A stretch of 63,692 nucleotides of DNA, filler included, from Octopus bimaculoides (Eukaryota): assembly GCF_001194135.2 (NCBI RefSeq). It is 4 parts of 4 records of this genome, joined end to end, with 100 filler letters (N's around TTAATTAATTAA, not from the genome) between each part and the next. Parts side by side here need not be neighbours in the genome. Positions count along the whole stretch, not along the records: positions 1 to 21,346 come from NC_068983.1; positions 21,447 to 38,455 come from NC_068993.1; 2 more parts are not named here. One strand, written 5' to 3'. Position 1 is the first letter of the stretch; each line of letters opens with the position of its first letter. Positions 12,223 to 25,261 of this stretch are shown here, piece by piece. Below the pieces are notes generated by a model that worked only from the letters and a program-made list of their open reading frames with translations, made no database searches and had not been told where the DNA came from. Made by a program: the position numbers and the translations under genes.

Positions 12223-12980
12223 AGAAAACTCACAGCATATTTTGACGAGTATGATGGAAAGTGTCAGCTGTCCACACACAGCAGACTAAGGTGACACTTG
12301 TTTACTGGTCATGCTTCAAGAACCCACGAAGAATTCTTGTAGTTCCAAACAATGCTGATTTTTTAGGTGTTCTACCTGCACGCTTGCACCAATTTTTTTG
12401 AGAGTTGTTGGTAGTTGAGTGCTGATATTTCCAAGTGCACCAATTACTTTTGGTATAACGTCTACTTTCTTCATTGACCACAACCTTCGTGTTTTCCTCT
12501 TTAAATTGTCATAGTTGTTTATTTTTTCTTCTTCTTTCACATTGATCCCGTTGTCACCGGGCATGCTATGTCGATTATTATACATTTGCATTCCTTCTTA
12601 TTTGCCACAACATTGTCCGGTTTCCGATGTTAGGTCGGATGATCGCACTGGATCACTGCATCCCACTGGAGTTTGCAATCCTTATTTTCGCTGACTCCTT
12701 CTGGAGGTTTCTCATACCACGTCTTTGCCCTTTATAAGCCCTAATTTCCACGGAGCTCCCAATGGATCATTCTTGCCACATTTTCATGGCGTCTTTTGTT
12801 ATGGCGTTGTGCCAATTTTGGCCGGGCATTCGCTAACCATGTACCATACCGTTTCACTCCTCTCGCCACACATTTTGCATTTGTCGCTATAGGTAGTTTT
12901 GTCTATTGTGCATTTCATATAATTGGTCCTTAATGCTTGTTCCTGAGCTGCACATAATGATTTTTCTGTAGTTGGTACCT
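12223..12980 (-). mobile_element. R4/Dong-like LINE 3' end (CCHC + RLE + 3' UTR)
   Basis: LCAAQEQALRTNYMKCTIDKTTYSDKCKMCGERSETVWYMVSEC; HRKPDNVVANK; VKEEEKINNYDNLK; VDVIPKVIGALG. The UTR ends directly in (TAA)n. Confidence 0.9.
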
Positions 12981-13179
12981 GGGGTACGAGCTAAAGGAAA
13001 AATCTTTATTATTATTTTTTTTTCTTCTTTCACTTTTGTTTCCATTTCTTACTGGGTATCTCCCTGACACCTAGGGCAAAGAAACTGACTGCATAAATGG
13101 ATAGGCCATTAACATAAACACGTCAGATAGCTCATTTACAAAATCAAATGAATTGATGTGAAAGAAAGAAAAACAAGAA

Positions 13180-14713
13180 TAATTATTTACTGGGATTGTA
13201 CCGCCTGAATAGAGCACGGAAATGGTACTACATGCCATATTTTTTCGATTTCAATGAGGAAATCATTATATTTTCTGAGGGGTTGTCAAATTCTTTTGCA
13301 GAGATGTTATGATCACAAGGAACGCTTATGCCGATCAATGAACAAACTTTATTGTTTTGGTTTTCCACAACAATATCTGGTTTATTAGCTTTGATGGGTA
13401 TCTCTGTACATACTGGAAAGTGCCAAAGAGTCGCTTCTATTTTTCATTCGGTTATAGCCTCAGATTGGTGCTAATACCATTTGTGAGCAGTTTTGACTTT
13501 ATAATACCGACATATTAACCATTATAGATATTGGTCAACTCTTTACACTTAGAGATTTGGTGGTCTACTGTTTCAATATGATCGTTGTAGTCTCAGCACT
13601 TTGAATCTACTCCAGTTTTCGTCACGTTGGCTTGGTAGTTGCGAGTCAATAAGATTTTACCTTGGACACCTAACATGAAGCCTTCACTCTATGCCTTTTG
13701 CCCTGAGCTCCGTAGCCACTTAGGCGTGTGCTTTTGGTCTACATGAGCCTGTTTGTTACGGGCCGCGTATTTACCATGCAGAGGTTTTTGTTCCCATTTA
13801 TCAACCAATTGTTCATACGCTTTTTCCATTGGCATTGCTTTCACCTTCTTTGCAACAACAGTTGCTGTACTACCAACATGCTCTTGAGCCTGGTTATTAT
13901 GTATGAAATCAGTGGTAAATGATTTGATCTCCTTCATGACAAAATGAAGCTTCTCACGCCTCTCTTGGGTTTCAATGAGTTTTCGCATCCAGTCGTTAGA
14001 TAGTTCAAGATATTCGGCTAGTTCAGTTGTGGTGGATTTGTAAGAGATTTCAAATGGGATCTGGGAAAGTAAAGACTATCTGAGTCTTCTTTTGGATGGT
14101 GCATCTTATTGCAAATTAGCAGCTTATGAATTTTTCGGTCAATTTGTTTTAATCTCACTGATATTCCAGTTTAACACATTTAAACCATAAATAACAACTA
14201 AAACTGCTATGGAATTTATAGCTAACACCTTGTTGTGTAATTTAGCTCAGATTTCAGCACTGCTCGAAATTCTCCAGTAACATTGCTTCCTGATCTGGTC
14301 TTTCATGCTTGCATCCTGAATTCCAGATCCTTCAATAATTCCGTGGTTTTGTAAATTTGTTCCTGCTCAAGTTTTTTTATAATTGTGTCGCATCTAACAC
14401 GACTGAATTTAAGGTCTTCAATTTCCCTTTCTGAAAGTGGCCTTGGCATATTTATCCAGACCAAATTCTATCCCGATGTTATTACTGAATGCTCTCACAG
14501 TACATAATATGCCTTCAAGTTAATTATTTTCTATGCCATAGAATTTTAAGTCTTCCATATAAATTAGATGGGCTATTTTCTTATCGTCAAATTTATAACC
14601 ATACCCTGTTCTGTTAGGTTCACTTGTAAGGGTAATTAGGGCTATGCAAAAAATTAGAGGTGAAAGTGAGTCACCTTGAAAAATGCCACGATATAATTGG
14701 AGATTCGTATTCC

Positions 14714-14715
<2 letters not shown>
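13180..14715 (-). mobile_element. R4/Dong-like LINE (second subfamily), 5'-truncated within RT, running to RLE
   Basis: RGIFQGDSLSPLIFCIAL; HLIYMEDLKFYG; EFGLDKYAKATFRKG; KWEQKPLHGKY; SEGFM..LLTRNYQAN; QANKPDIVV. The 5' junction abuts (TAA)n. Confidence 0.85.
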
Positions 14716-14757
<42 letters not shown>

Positions 14758-14767
14758 NNNNNNNNNN

Positions 14768-14808
<41 letters not shown>

Positions 14809-14812
14809 TATT
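14716..14812. repeat. (ATT)n array with a 10-N gap
   Basis: Direct reading. Confidence 0.95.
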
Positions 14813-15655
14813 ATCCAAATTCTCTACGACAAAAACAAAATATCGTCATCCTCTTCATCCCCTTCACCATCGGCATCATCCTATCCTATTTTTGCAGCAG
14901 CATCAAATGTACTTCTGCCCCATAAGTATAGCATTTTTGTTCTTTGTTATCTTGATTTTCTAGAGCACAGTTGTGGTATACATTCTATAACTGTTCTCCT
15001 TTGTTGTTTTTTTTTGCTTTGTTCTTGTTTCTTTTTTTTTTACATGATTTTATTGTTTCATCCCTTTGTTGCGTAGAGTAAGTGCAATATGAGATGAGTT
15101 ATTATGCTTAAAGTGTATTTGATTAATTGTTTCTATGGGGACTTTTTATGATCTTCATTATTATTTGGTATTTTAGTACTTCTTTTAATATCCTTTCCCT
15201 TTTGGCTTCAATACCTTACATTTTATTGTGTATTAGGCTCTGCAATATTTCCTATTGTCTTTTGAGGGCATATTTTTCGTATTGCTTTTTTTCTTCGCTG
15301 GAGGCTTCTGTTGTAGCATTCGTCATGCTATATGATATATTATGTTTCTGCTTTATTTTATTTTCAATGTGAATTCATTCTATATGGTATTTTATTCCTG
15401 TCTTCCTTTTTTCTCATCTCATTTTGCTTTTATTATAAATTTCTTCACATATTTTCTCATTCGTGTTTCTCTCAATAAGTTCGACGTCTTTTATAGTGTT
15501 GTTTTCGTGTTTGATAGGGTATTGATGCATAATAGGAATATACAACTTTTTCCGTCGTTGTCATCATCATCACCATCATCGTCGACGTCGTCGTCGTCGT
15601 CTTCGTCGTTGTCATCATCTTCGCCGTCGTTGTCGTCGTCGATAGCACTTTGAAC

Positions 15656-15703
15656 AAAATGCTTAGCGGCGGTTCTTTCGGTTCTTTACATTCTGTGTTC
15701 AAA
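15656..15703 (+). mobile_element. SINE family A head fragment
   Basis: aaaatgcttagcggc..tctttacattctgtgttcaaa matches the family A head. Confidence 0.55.
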
Positions 15704-15877
15704 CACTCACTCACAATATGTGAAATTGTTTCATTTCTGCAGCCACATCCTACAAGGGGTGATTCGCCACTCTTACCTGTTTGAAACTTGGTGTAAGATC
15801 CAACAATGTTTGGTACTACCTTCACCTTCTTCATTTTCCATGGCTGAGCTATTTCGTACTTAAGAGGGTTGTATCTA

Positions 15878-15878
<1 letters not shown>
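15704..15878 (-). mobile_element. Rearranged R4/Dong fragment (RLE tail placed before CCHC)
   Basis: RYNPLKYEIAQPWKMKKVKVVPNIVG, then GESPLVGCGCRNETISHIVSEC. The 5' side abuts (TAA)n. Confidence 0.7.
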
Positions 15879-15879
<1 letters not shown>

Positions 15880-15955
<76 letters not shown>

Positions 15956-15956
15956 C
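15880..15956. repeat. (ATT)n(AGT)n compound microsatellite
   Basis: Direct reading. Confidence 0.97.
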
Positions 15957-16339
15957 TTCCTTTCAAATTTTATGTAAACTCCTACACAAACTGTTAACTA
16001 TCCTTGTAAATTCCACCTCATTATATGTCCCAGTCACAATTAAAAGAAAAAAATAATTATTATCCTTTCTACAATAGGTACCTTCACTTTTTAAGTGCGA
16101 TTCTTTATATATTCATTCCAAATTCATTCCATCTTCAAATTCTTCCTCAACACATAAACATTTTTCAACATGGCAAAATCTTTTCTATGCAGCGTAGTAG
16201 TAGCTGGAGTAACAGATGAAGATGAATGTTATCTCACTATTAGATTGCTAACCAGATATCACTGGCCTATCCTGCGGGAGAAAATGCCAATCAACTGTGG
16301 CTAAAACCAAGCCAAAAGTGTCGTCTCACTGTGTCTCTA

Positions 16340-18480
16340 GGCATGTCAGCACGAACAATCACGACAATGAAAGCAACAAAAACAAACGCCAAAACAACAA
16401 AATCAACTAAACTAACGCAGTCATTTCTATCACCACCAACAGCAGCATTGAAAAAATAACTGTTGCAAGAAGAAAACAAGAACGATGAGATTGAAAGCAG
16501 CAGCAGCACGAGTAACTATAATGACAACGATGATAGCAACACCACTACACTGAATTCAAAACAATTTCAAAATCAGGCTTGTTTACTACAGTATTGCAAA
16601 CGTGAATTTATATAACTTTGGGGAACAGCACAACTACAACTTGTGGTACCGGTGCTGCTTCGCCAGGATGAATATCATATTACTTATTCGGGAACAGAGA
16701 AAAAATAAGGACACTAATCTACAAATGTACCATCAAGAATAGTAGAAAGGTCGAAAACTCAACAATAGTACACGCTGATAGATGCTTTAAGGAGGTATGG
16801 GGATCAGTATGACGTCCAAGAAAAAGAAAATAATTTGAAACAGTAGAAGATTTCTGCCTTAACGAAGAAATACCAACGGATACTCGCTCAACCGAGCAAT
16901 ATGTCCTCCTACCCTCCTATTTAGGAAAACGTTTATGTAAGGTGGCACTGGGAATAAACGACAACGTAAGTTGACACTGGAAATAAACGTCAATTGTTTC
17001 AGAGTGACCCTGAGGAAAACTGGGAGATTGTGAATATGAGATTTACCTCACACAAAAAGTAGGTTGAAATAACTGCTGAGATTTAGATGTGGCTCATTCC
17101 AGAAATTTTACTAAAAATCACTGAAATCATTGACAGGAGGATTCGGGATTCTATAAGAGTTGTGGTAGAAGGCGGGGTGAGGGGGGGGGGGGTCAGGTGT
17201 GTCACTCATGTGGGAGCACGGAACACTACAAGGTGTTATGTCACCGTGTAAAAGCAACTAAAATCCCTTTACTGTCGTCGCCAAAGCCACGGCATCAACA
17301 TCTCCAAAACCAGTAACAGGAACTGCAGAAAAGTGCACAGACACCTACACACATTTACACAAAATCCAGCCACGACTTTCTCCTGCCGAATAACCCCCAA
17401 ATAACGAAGAAAAATCGGAGGAACACAGGAAATGGCAAGTTGTCAACAGAAAGGCGCCAAAAACAATGGCAAAAGGTCATAACTCCAGCCTCCCAGCAAA
17501 TAGACGCAAGAATCCACGACACCTTACGTTATAATACACTAGCGCAAGCGCCGAAACAACACGATGAACAACAAAAAACAACGAGCCACAATACAATTAT
17601 TACAACAACCAAACGTTCCTGTTTGGCCTCTAAAAGAAGAAAAAAATCACTCGCTCACGAACAAGCACAACGAAACACTCAACTAGAACATAAGAGCTTC
17701 ACTGTGATAAGCAAAAACAGCAACGGATTGAGGTACTACATAGAAAAACAGTACAAAGACGAAATAACAGAAGGGAAAATTTTGAAATTGATTCTTGAAG
17801 CACCTAAAAACAGAGTTAATGAAAAGCCAAATGTATTACCATAGTCTGGATACCTTCCCACGGAGTGTTGGGATTTTTAGAGCCTTTCAGGAAACGCGCA
17901 CCTCAAAGGAAGACGGACTATCCACAACTCACAATGACGTAGATGAGTATCCTGTCCTTCTTTTGTCTCTAATAAATATAGTGCAACTTAGAATACGATG
18001 TATTAATGTATGCGGTCTGGTGTCACATGAGGCGTAAGATCTGTGTAGGGTTAACCCATAGAAGGGGATGCAACGCCTCGAAAACCTGCTCATATGTTTC
18101 CAACTGTCTGACACGTACCGAGAAAATTTCCAGAATGTACTATGAGGAATTTAAACAACTACAATGGGTCGTTCAGATCTACAGCGATAAAATTTTCGTT
18201 AGGTTAACAGAGAGAGACGTTTTAGGGTATTCGCAATTTAAAGTGGTCAGCTAAACATGTGAAAGTTGACGTCTGTACAGGCGCCTTAGATAGGACTAAT
18301 AGATAGGGACACGACTATTACGAAGTTGAAGGTGTCTTTTCCAACGCAAAAGCACTATAGAGACCAGATTAGCGAACTAGTCAAGCGGAATTTTCAAGTG
18401 CAATATTCAACATGTGATGAGAAACTCTGAAGTGAGCAATTAAATACTAGTCAATAGCATTTCGTAAAGAGCTGGTTAGT
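16340..18480 (+). mobile_element. Decayed Tx1/L1-like LINE 5' part: ORF1 with CCHC knuckle and start of the ORF2 AP-endonuclease
   Basis: IRVVVEG followed by an intact CHSCGSTEHYKVLC (17200-17241). LRIRCINVCGL at about 17985 resembles the APE N-terminal motif. Many stops. Confidence 0.6.
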
Positions 18481-19371
18481 AAACTAAATTAGTCAATTAG
18501 AAGTGGCATCGCAACTAATGTGTTAGTGACGCGTTGTTCACACTTGACCATCGTTCATATTTCTTTTCCTCACGTGATCATCTTTTTTTTTCCTTCAGGG
18601 CTATCGTAGAGACTGCACGTATCCTATCTGTCTCTCTCTTCTATCTTTTCTCTTGTCGAAGAAAATATTTCTCCAGCGTTCGCTATTATAACTTCGCCTC
18701 TCCATGTTTGTTTTCGTTCAGTTTCCTTGTATGTCTCCACTTTTCTGTTTCTGTTACCAACTTTGTCTCTCCGAAAATCCCAACTTTTATATTGGTTTTT
18801 GCGAGAGCAGCTGCCTTCGAAGACTCATATTGCCGTTAAATGCTCGAAAGGAGGAGTAGATGGACAACCGACAATTAACGAAGAGTCGTTCTTTATGTTA
18901 CTTGTTCTGTTTTTCATTTGTTTCTCTCGGTGTTTGGGTATCAAATCATTTGGTTTCGTATTTCATGTTGTTTACGTTTTGNNNNNNNNNNNNNNNNNNN
19001 NNNNNNNNNNNNNNNNNNNNNNNNNNNNNNNNNNNNNNNNNNNNNNNNNNNNNNNNNNNNNNNNNNNNNNNNNNNNNNNNNNNNNNNNNNNNNNNNNNNN
19101 NNNNNNNNNNNNNNNNNNNNNNNNNNNNNNNNNNNNNNNNNNNNNNNNNNNNNNNNNNNNNNNNNNNNNNNNNNNNNNNNNNNNNNNNNNNNNNNNNNNN
19201 NNNNNNNNNNNNNNNNNNNNNNNNNNNNNNNNNNNNNNNNNNNNNNNNNNNNNNNNNNNNNNNNNNNNNNNNNNNNNNNNNNNNNNNNNNNNNNNNNNNN
19301 NNNNNNNNNNNNNNNNNNNNNNNNNNNNNNNNNNNNNNNNNNNNNNNNNNNNNNNNNNNNNNNNNNNNNNN

Positions 19372-19446
<75 letters not shown>
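19372..19446. repeat. (TG)n microsatellite after a gap
   Basis: Direct reading. Confidence 0.97.
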
Positions 19447-19447
<1 letters not shown>

Positions 19448-21511
19448 TGTTTCTGCTTGGAATTAAAGCTCATCACCTTTAATCTTAAGACTAGCATGGT
19501 GATCTGGCCCGCTGTGGGGCGGTTATCTGTCCTGTAAGTACATAGACATACACTTTTTTGCGGCTCAAAGGGTTTTAGCACTCATTTCTAGCAATGTAGG
19601 TGCTACTTTGCACCATCAGTCACAATTAGTGACAATTGAATACACACATACACACACACCCACGCATACACACATATATAGTTAATGGAGAAATACATAC
19701 AGATAGTAAATGGTACAGGTAATCAAGATACAATATATCTTGCATTTATTATTCAGTAGTATCCTATTAACGAAGAGTATGATGTTGGATTCACTGCTGT
19801 CGTATTTCCTGAACAAAATATATAAATTTCTTTCTTCCAGTTATTACTTTAATTGCAGTTAAGAACAGTATGCTAAAAAAAAATAAATAAACAGAAACAG
19901 TTTCTACTATTATATGAAGACTGTGTAAATGATGTGTCAACTATGTTTGTATAAAATGTGACAGTTGATTGAGATTAATGTGACAGTTGATTGAGGTATT
20001 ATATTGCTGTTCAACTCTAAACAGTACAATTTCAACTAAGCATAAATATGCCTAAAACTGTAAACAGTGAACGCAATATATAGTTGATTAATGATCCAAT
20101 ATGTTTCCTTGACTATTTCAAATCATCATAAAGAAACGTCTTTAAGAAAGCTGAAGTCATCCAGTCGGCCTCCTGGTCTAGATTCGTTCGTTAACTCTTC
20201 AAAGGTTCTGAACAAATTTGTACATATAGGAAACAGCGGTCTGTCACCACAGAAAAGAATTCATTCGCTATAACATAGTTTAGTGTAACAAAGAAGACTT
20301 AAACCTTATAAAGTAGATATTATTAAACATCGATTAACATTTGTCTCAAAACTTAGATATCTAATCTTCCACACACAGACAAACATTGGAGTGGAGAATA
20401 AAGTATGATATTCAAAGAGAGGAAGGCAAACATAATATTTCCATAAACATATTCGAATATTTGAACTCTTCACCTTGTGATGTTATTTAAATGCATCAAC
20501 TACTTTACGTATTTTACCAATAAACTGCTGGGAACACGGAAACTTCTTAAAACAGAAAAACTGATGTTGTTGAAAGGAACGTGCACGTAAAAAGAACGAA
20601 GATCTTTACAAGCCTGTTGTCAGCTAGTTTTACAATATTATAGACGTAGAGTACATTGCGAACTACATGGAACTGGGCTGACTGAACAAAAATCAATAAC
20701 GACAGAAATGAGAGAATGTAAATAAGAAAAATATATACCAAAAACATATTTAAAAAAATGTAAAAAAAAATAANNNNNNNNNNNNNNNNNNNNNNNNNNN
20801 NNNNNNNNNNNNNNNNNNNNNNNNNNNNNNNNNNNNNNNNNNNNNNNNNNNNNNNNNNNNNNNNNNNNNNNNNNNNNNNNNNNNNNNNNNNNNNNNNNNN
20901 NNNNNNNNNNNNNNNNNNNNNNNNNNNNNNNAATAAGAAAAATATATACCAAAAACATATTTAAAAAAATGTAAAAAAAAATAAGCAATTCTTTAGATTC
21001 ATTTTATGGTTGGTAGTATAATGGTTGCGTTTTCATCTCATTTACTGAAATTCTAACGAAAACGTTCCAGTGAGAGGTAGTTCTAAGATTAATCAAATAT
21101 TGAGTTAGAGGATGTCTTCGGAAGCTGAAATAGATTCGCTCATCTTAGGATTAGTCAGATATAAGTGAAATACAATATAATGAAGGTATTAAGAAACGTA
21201 TGCACGTATGTATGTATGTATGTATGTGTGTGTGTGTATGTAGGAACGTACTTAATCATTAAATATAGGTTTATGTGTTTATATACTAATCTGTGTGCAA
21301 CTATGCACACTTATAACTATATACGCATATATATATATATATATATNNNNNNNNNNNNNNNNNNNNNNNNNNNNNNNNNNNNNNNNNNNNTTAATTAATT
21401 AANNNNNNNNNNNNNNNNNNNNNNNNNNNNNNNNNNNNNNNNNNNNTATATATACAGACACACACTTATGTTATATGTATGTGCGTGTGTAGGTACATAT
21501 GTATATAAGTG

Positions 21512-21542
<31 letters not shown>

Positions 21543-21759
21543 GTAGGTTAGTAAGCAGACGAAGAGAGAAGAAAAACTGAGGTAATATCTAACAAGGGAG
21601 ATGGTTATGGCAATATTTGTGATTTTACTTCACAGTAGGAATTTCGAATTCATTGAGCATAACACTGAAGCCTATTTTCGATACGAGAAATGTTCCGCAA
21701 TATATTTGTTGTTATGCCAACAGTAAATTTCTATCAAGAAAACATTTTATGGATGAAGA

Positions 21760-21760
<1 letters not shown>

Positions 21761-21808
<48 letters not shown>

Positions 21809-21855
21809 GTTGCTGTTGTTGTTGTTGTTTTTATTGTTGATGTTGTTGTTGTTGT
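21761..21855. repeat. (ATT)n/(GTT)n microsatellite
   Basis: Direct reading. Confidence 0.97.
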
Positions 21856-23467
21856 TTTGGTTTATTCTGTGTGAACTGGAAAAGAAAAGGCATTTATAAT
21901 ATAATAGCTTTCAATGATGAAGATTTCTTCGATATATCTAAAACTACGTCGAAAACTTGCCATACTTATCAAGTTTCATAATAAATATTGATTTGATGAA
22001 TAGACGCAAGCCATACTTTTTAAAAGAGGTTACAGACGATTATATCAACCTGAGTTTTTGAATTGTGTTTGGTTTATGGATCTTGGAATGAAGAAAAATC
22101 AAAGATGCCTTTGGTGGGATTTGAACCATGGCCTTACGAAGGATCTGTTAATAAATACTGTGATATAATTTGTGTGATAGCACTAGCGATCTCTGCGATT
22201 CTGTTAACTCACAGCATTATCTCTATACTTCATATTATTCCAATCGTCTTTAAATAAAATGGGAAGAAACAGAGAAAAATGAAGGATATCGAGAATCCCT
22301 TTTAGTGAAAACATGCTAGATGATAATAATAAATGAATGATAAAAATCAACGTGCCAAATATGTGCGTCTTTCTTTTCTTTTTTTTTTTCCTTCCTTTTG
22401 GAAACTACCCTTTAGAATTGAAATAAAAATTGGAAAAGACAGTAAATGTAAATTAAGTTCCAATTTAACAATGAATGCCACAGGGTAATTCTTCCATTCA
22501 AAGGCTATCTGTCGTTTACGCTGCATTGAATTGATTAAGTATTTGAAAAGTGTTCAGGTAATTTTACGCCAAGATCTTCCAATCACAATGTATAAAATGT
22601 CCGAATTTAAAGATTTATTAACCTTCGTTTTACGTTCTTTAGGCTTTCTGTCTTTAACTATAATAAAAGGGTGATGGCTATATTAGCTTTGCTCAATTGC
22701 AGAACAATTCTTTCATTCTAATCACTTGTTCTTCACCGGTTCTCTTCTGTGGGTTGATCTTTACAGTTGACTTCCTTTGAAACAATTGTTTAAATCTATG
22801 ATGAATGGCAGTAATCGAAACTCACACTGAGGTTAAATAATTTTAAACCTTTAACGGATGACAGACTTAATAATACATCATACTTTTACGTAATCACATA
22901 AAAGAATCGAGTTATTGCAAATGAAAAACAACAAAAAACATTCAAGACACGCTGGTGACCTTTTTTTTTAATGCTTCGTATTTTAAACGAAAATAAGTGC
23001 GCTGAATAAAAAAAGCAGAAATACACTCTGAACTGCTTAATCTTGGAGTAAACGTAAATGAGATGTTGATATGGCTAAGCGGATAAATCCTGCTCCTTTT
23101 AGTTGCGCAATGATGAGGTTGTTAATCCTGTGTTGCCTTCAGCAGGAAATAGAGCATTTTAATGCGACCAGGTGGAGTGTCAAAACAATTGGAAATTTAA
23201 GCTGCCCACAGGCTAATGGTATTAATGACTCAGAAATCTTAAAATTTATCTGATTAGAATACAGGTATTATTTTACTAGTTACACAACGTTTTACTTTTA
23301 TAAATGTGCAAGCATGATTGTGTCTTTCAGAAACCCGCTTTGCAAGCACGAGTTTCACGTTCGATACCAGAGTGTGGCATCTTGGGAATGTGCTTTCTAT
23401 CCTTCTATAGCCTAGGAACGACCAATACCTGTTTTGTGAATTTGGTATACAGAAACTGAGTGGAAAT

Positions 23468-23523
<56 letters not shown>

Positions 23524-23669
23524 ATATATAAGATTGGTAAAACAATGCACCAATATTTACTGGAAATAGCAGTCGATAATATACGACGCTATAGTAAAGA
23601 TTCCCCAGAAGTGTGTGTGTGTGTGTGTGTGTGCGTGTGTGTGCGAACGGATGTGTGCATATGTAATTA

Positions 23670-23975
23670 AGGCGCATGACTCAGTGGGTAGAGCGTCGGA
23701 CTTGCAATCGTGAAGTAGCGAGTTCGATTCCCGGACCGAGCTGTGTGTTGCGTTATTGAGCAAGACGCTTTATTTCACGTTGCGCCAGTTCATTCAGCTG
23801 TAGAAAGGAGTTGCGACGTCACAGGTACCTAGCTGTATCGGTCTTTGCCTCTCCCCTGAATAACATCCATGGCATGGAGAGGGGGAGTCTGGTGAAATGG
23901 GTGACTGCTGGTCTTCTATAAGAAACCTTGTCCGAACTTGTGCCTCGGAAGGTAACCTTCTAGTTGCAATCCCAT
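23670..23975 (+). mobile_element. tRNA-derived SINE family C
   Basis: A-box-like tgactcagtggg (23677) and B box gagttcgattccc (23720), followed by a non-tRNA body; cannot fold a complete tRNA with a 3' acceptor stem. Confidence 0.7.
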
Positions 23976-23994
23976 GTATGCATGTATATGTATG

Positions 23995-24150
23995 TTAGTG
24001 TGTTCACTTCCCGCGATAACATAGCTATTCGAAAAATGAGATTTAAGTTATGTACCAAGATAAAGATCAATTTGTTCGAGTAAATCCTTCAAGGCGGTAT
24101 CCCAGCATGGCCATATTCTTATGAATGAAAGAAGTAAATAGAACAAAAGA
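23995..24150 (+). mobile_element. SINE family B 3' tail, degenerate
   Basis: atttgttcga..ttcaaggcggt..ccagcatggcc matches the other family B tails. Confidence 0.55.
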
Positions 24151-24429
24151 ACAAAATTTTATTAGTATTCACATCTTTCATGGGGGCCTTTAAGCTATAA
24201 GTGTTTCCTAAAATGAGCTGCACCACCCGCTTATGACGGTGAAAAATAGATGTATCTGTACAGTTCTTCAGTCTTTGCCACCACCTATCATTTAAATATT
24301 AACTTTAAAATACTGATTCCCCCTGAATTAAATGTAATAAGATAAATTTCTTGTTTACAACAGTCACAAAAACAACAATAATAGCAATAACGACATCAAC
24401 AATAATAATAATTTCAGATTTTGTCATAA

Positions 24430-24625
24430 GGGCAGCAACATTGGGGAAGGGAAAGAGTCGATTACATCGACCCCAGTGTTCAGCTGGTATTGATTTTATC
24501 GAATCCGAAAGGATGGGAGGTGAAGTCGACCTCGGCTGAATTTGAACTCAGAACGTAAGGACGGACGAAATGCTGATAAGCATTCCTCCTGGTGTACAAT
24601 CGATTCTGCCAATTCGCCGCCTTAA
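24430..24625 (-). mobile_element. SINE family A
   Basis: gtcgacctcggctgaatttgaactcagaacgtaaggacggacgaaatg..ctgccaattcgccgcct. Confidence 0.78.
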
Positions 24626-24769
24626 CGTCAACGATAATAATAAACTTCGGAATGCAAATACGAAAAGAAAACGAACGTATACTTATATCTTCTTACACTT
24701 CTATTATAATCGCGTTGTGCTGCCGTTAGTCGATACCTTTGTCCATCCAGCACCCGATAACAAATAACC

Positions 24770-25135
24770 CTGATCTTATGGGACCCATAGGAAAAATATA
24801 TGGAGGAAACACATGGGAGGAAGTCTGACAGATACCAGGAGCTGATAGAGCAATGCAGAAATTATGGCTAGCAGGTACGTTGCCGAGGTTTTGTGGGGCG
24901 TTCATTGTACAAAGTTGTAACTGAACGTGGAGAGGGGAGATATGAATTCCGCCATGGAAGCTGTAGGAAAGGTCACACATTGGTGTTGGATAAAATAAGA
25001 TCGGTAATTTGCTTCTACTGCGATATATGTTAGGATTTGATGAAACCCGGCTGGTTCAAATGGGCGAGTGGGTGTCGGATGCTGAAAGACCCGAAACCCC
25101 TCAAGACCATAGAAACATCAGCGATTATGCATTTC
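24770..25135 (+). mobile_element. HERO/NeSL-like RLE LINE 3' end
   Basis: MEETHGRKSDRYQELIEQCRNYG; CRGFVGRSLYK; AMEAVGKVTHWCWIK; then a 3' UTR with ccggctgg..gatgctgaaagacccgaaac. Confidence 0.72.
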
Positions 25136-25261
25136 TTAAAATGTCTATGATATATCTTGGAACTGATGGACATAAAAAGCAGTGAAGGTTGAATAACAGG
25201 CGGGTTGCATTGAATAGATGTTAGAAAAAGAAAAGGTTCAAGAGTGAAAAGTTTCAGAAGC

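Noticed and set aside
20721-20984. 53-bp direct repeat on either side of an N-gap
   Set aside because: Most simply explained as overlapping contig ends.
21391-21402. ttaattaattaa isolated between N-runs (also 38500-38511 and 49434-49445)
   Set aside because: An identical 12-mer centred in gaps of similar structure is a scaffolding or linker placeholder, not biology.
23670-23745. tRNA gene
   Set aside because: A and B boxes are present, but there is no closing acceptor stem and the sequence continues into a SINE body.
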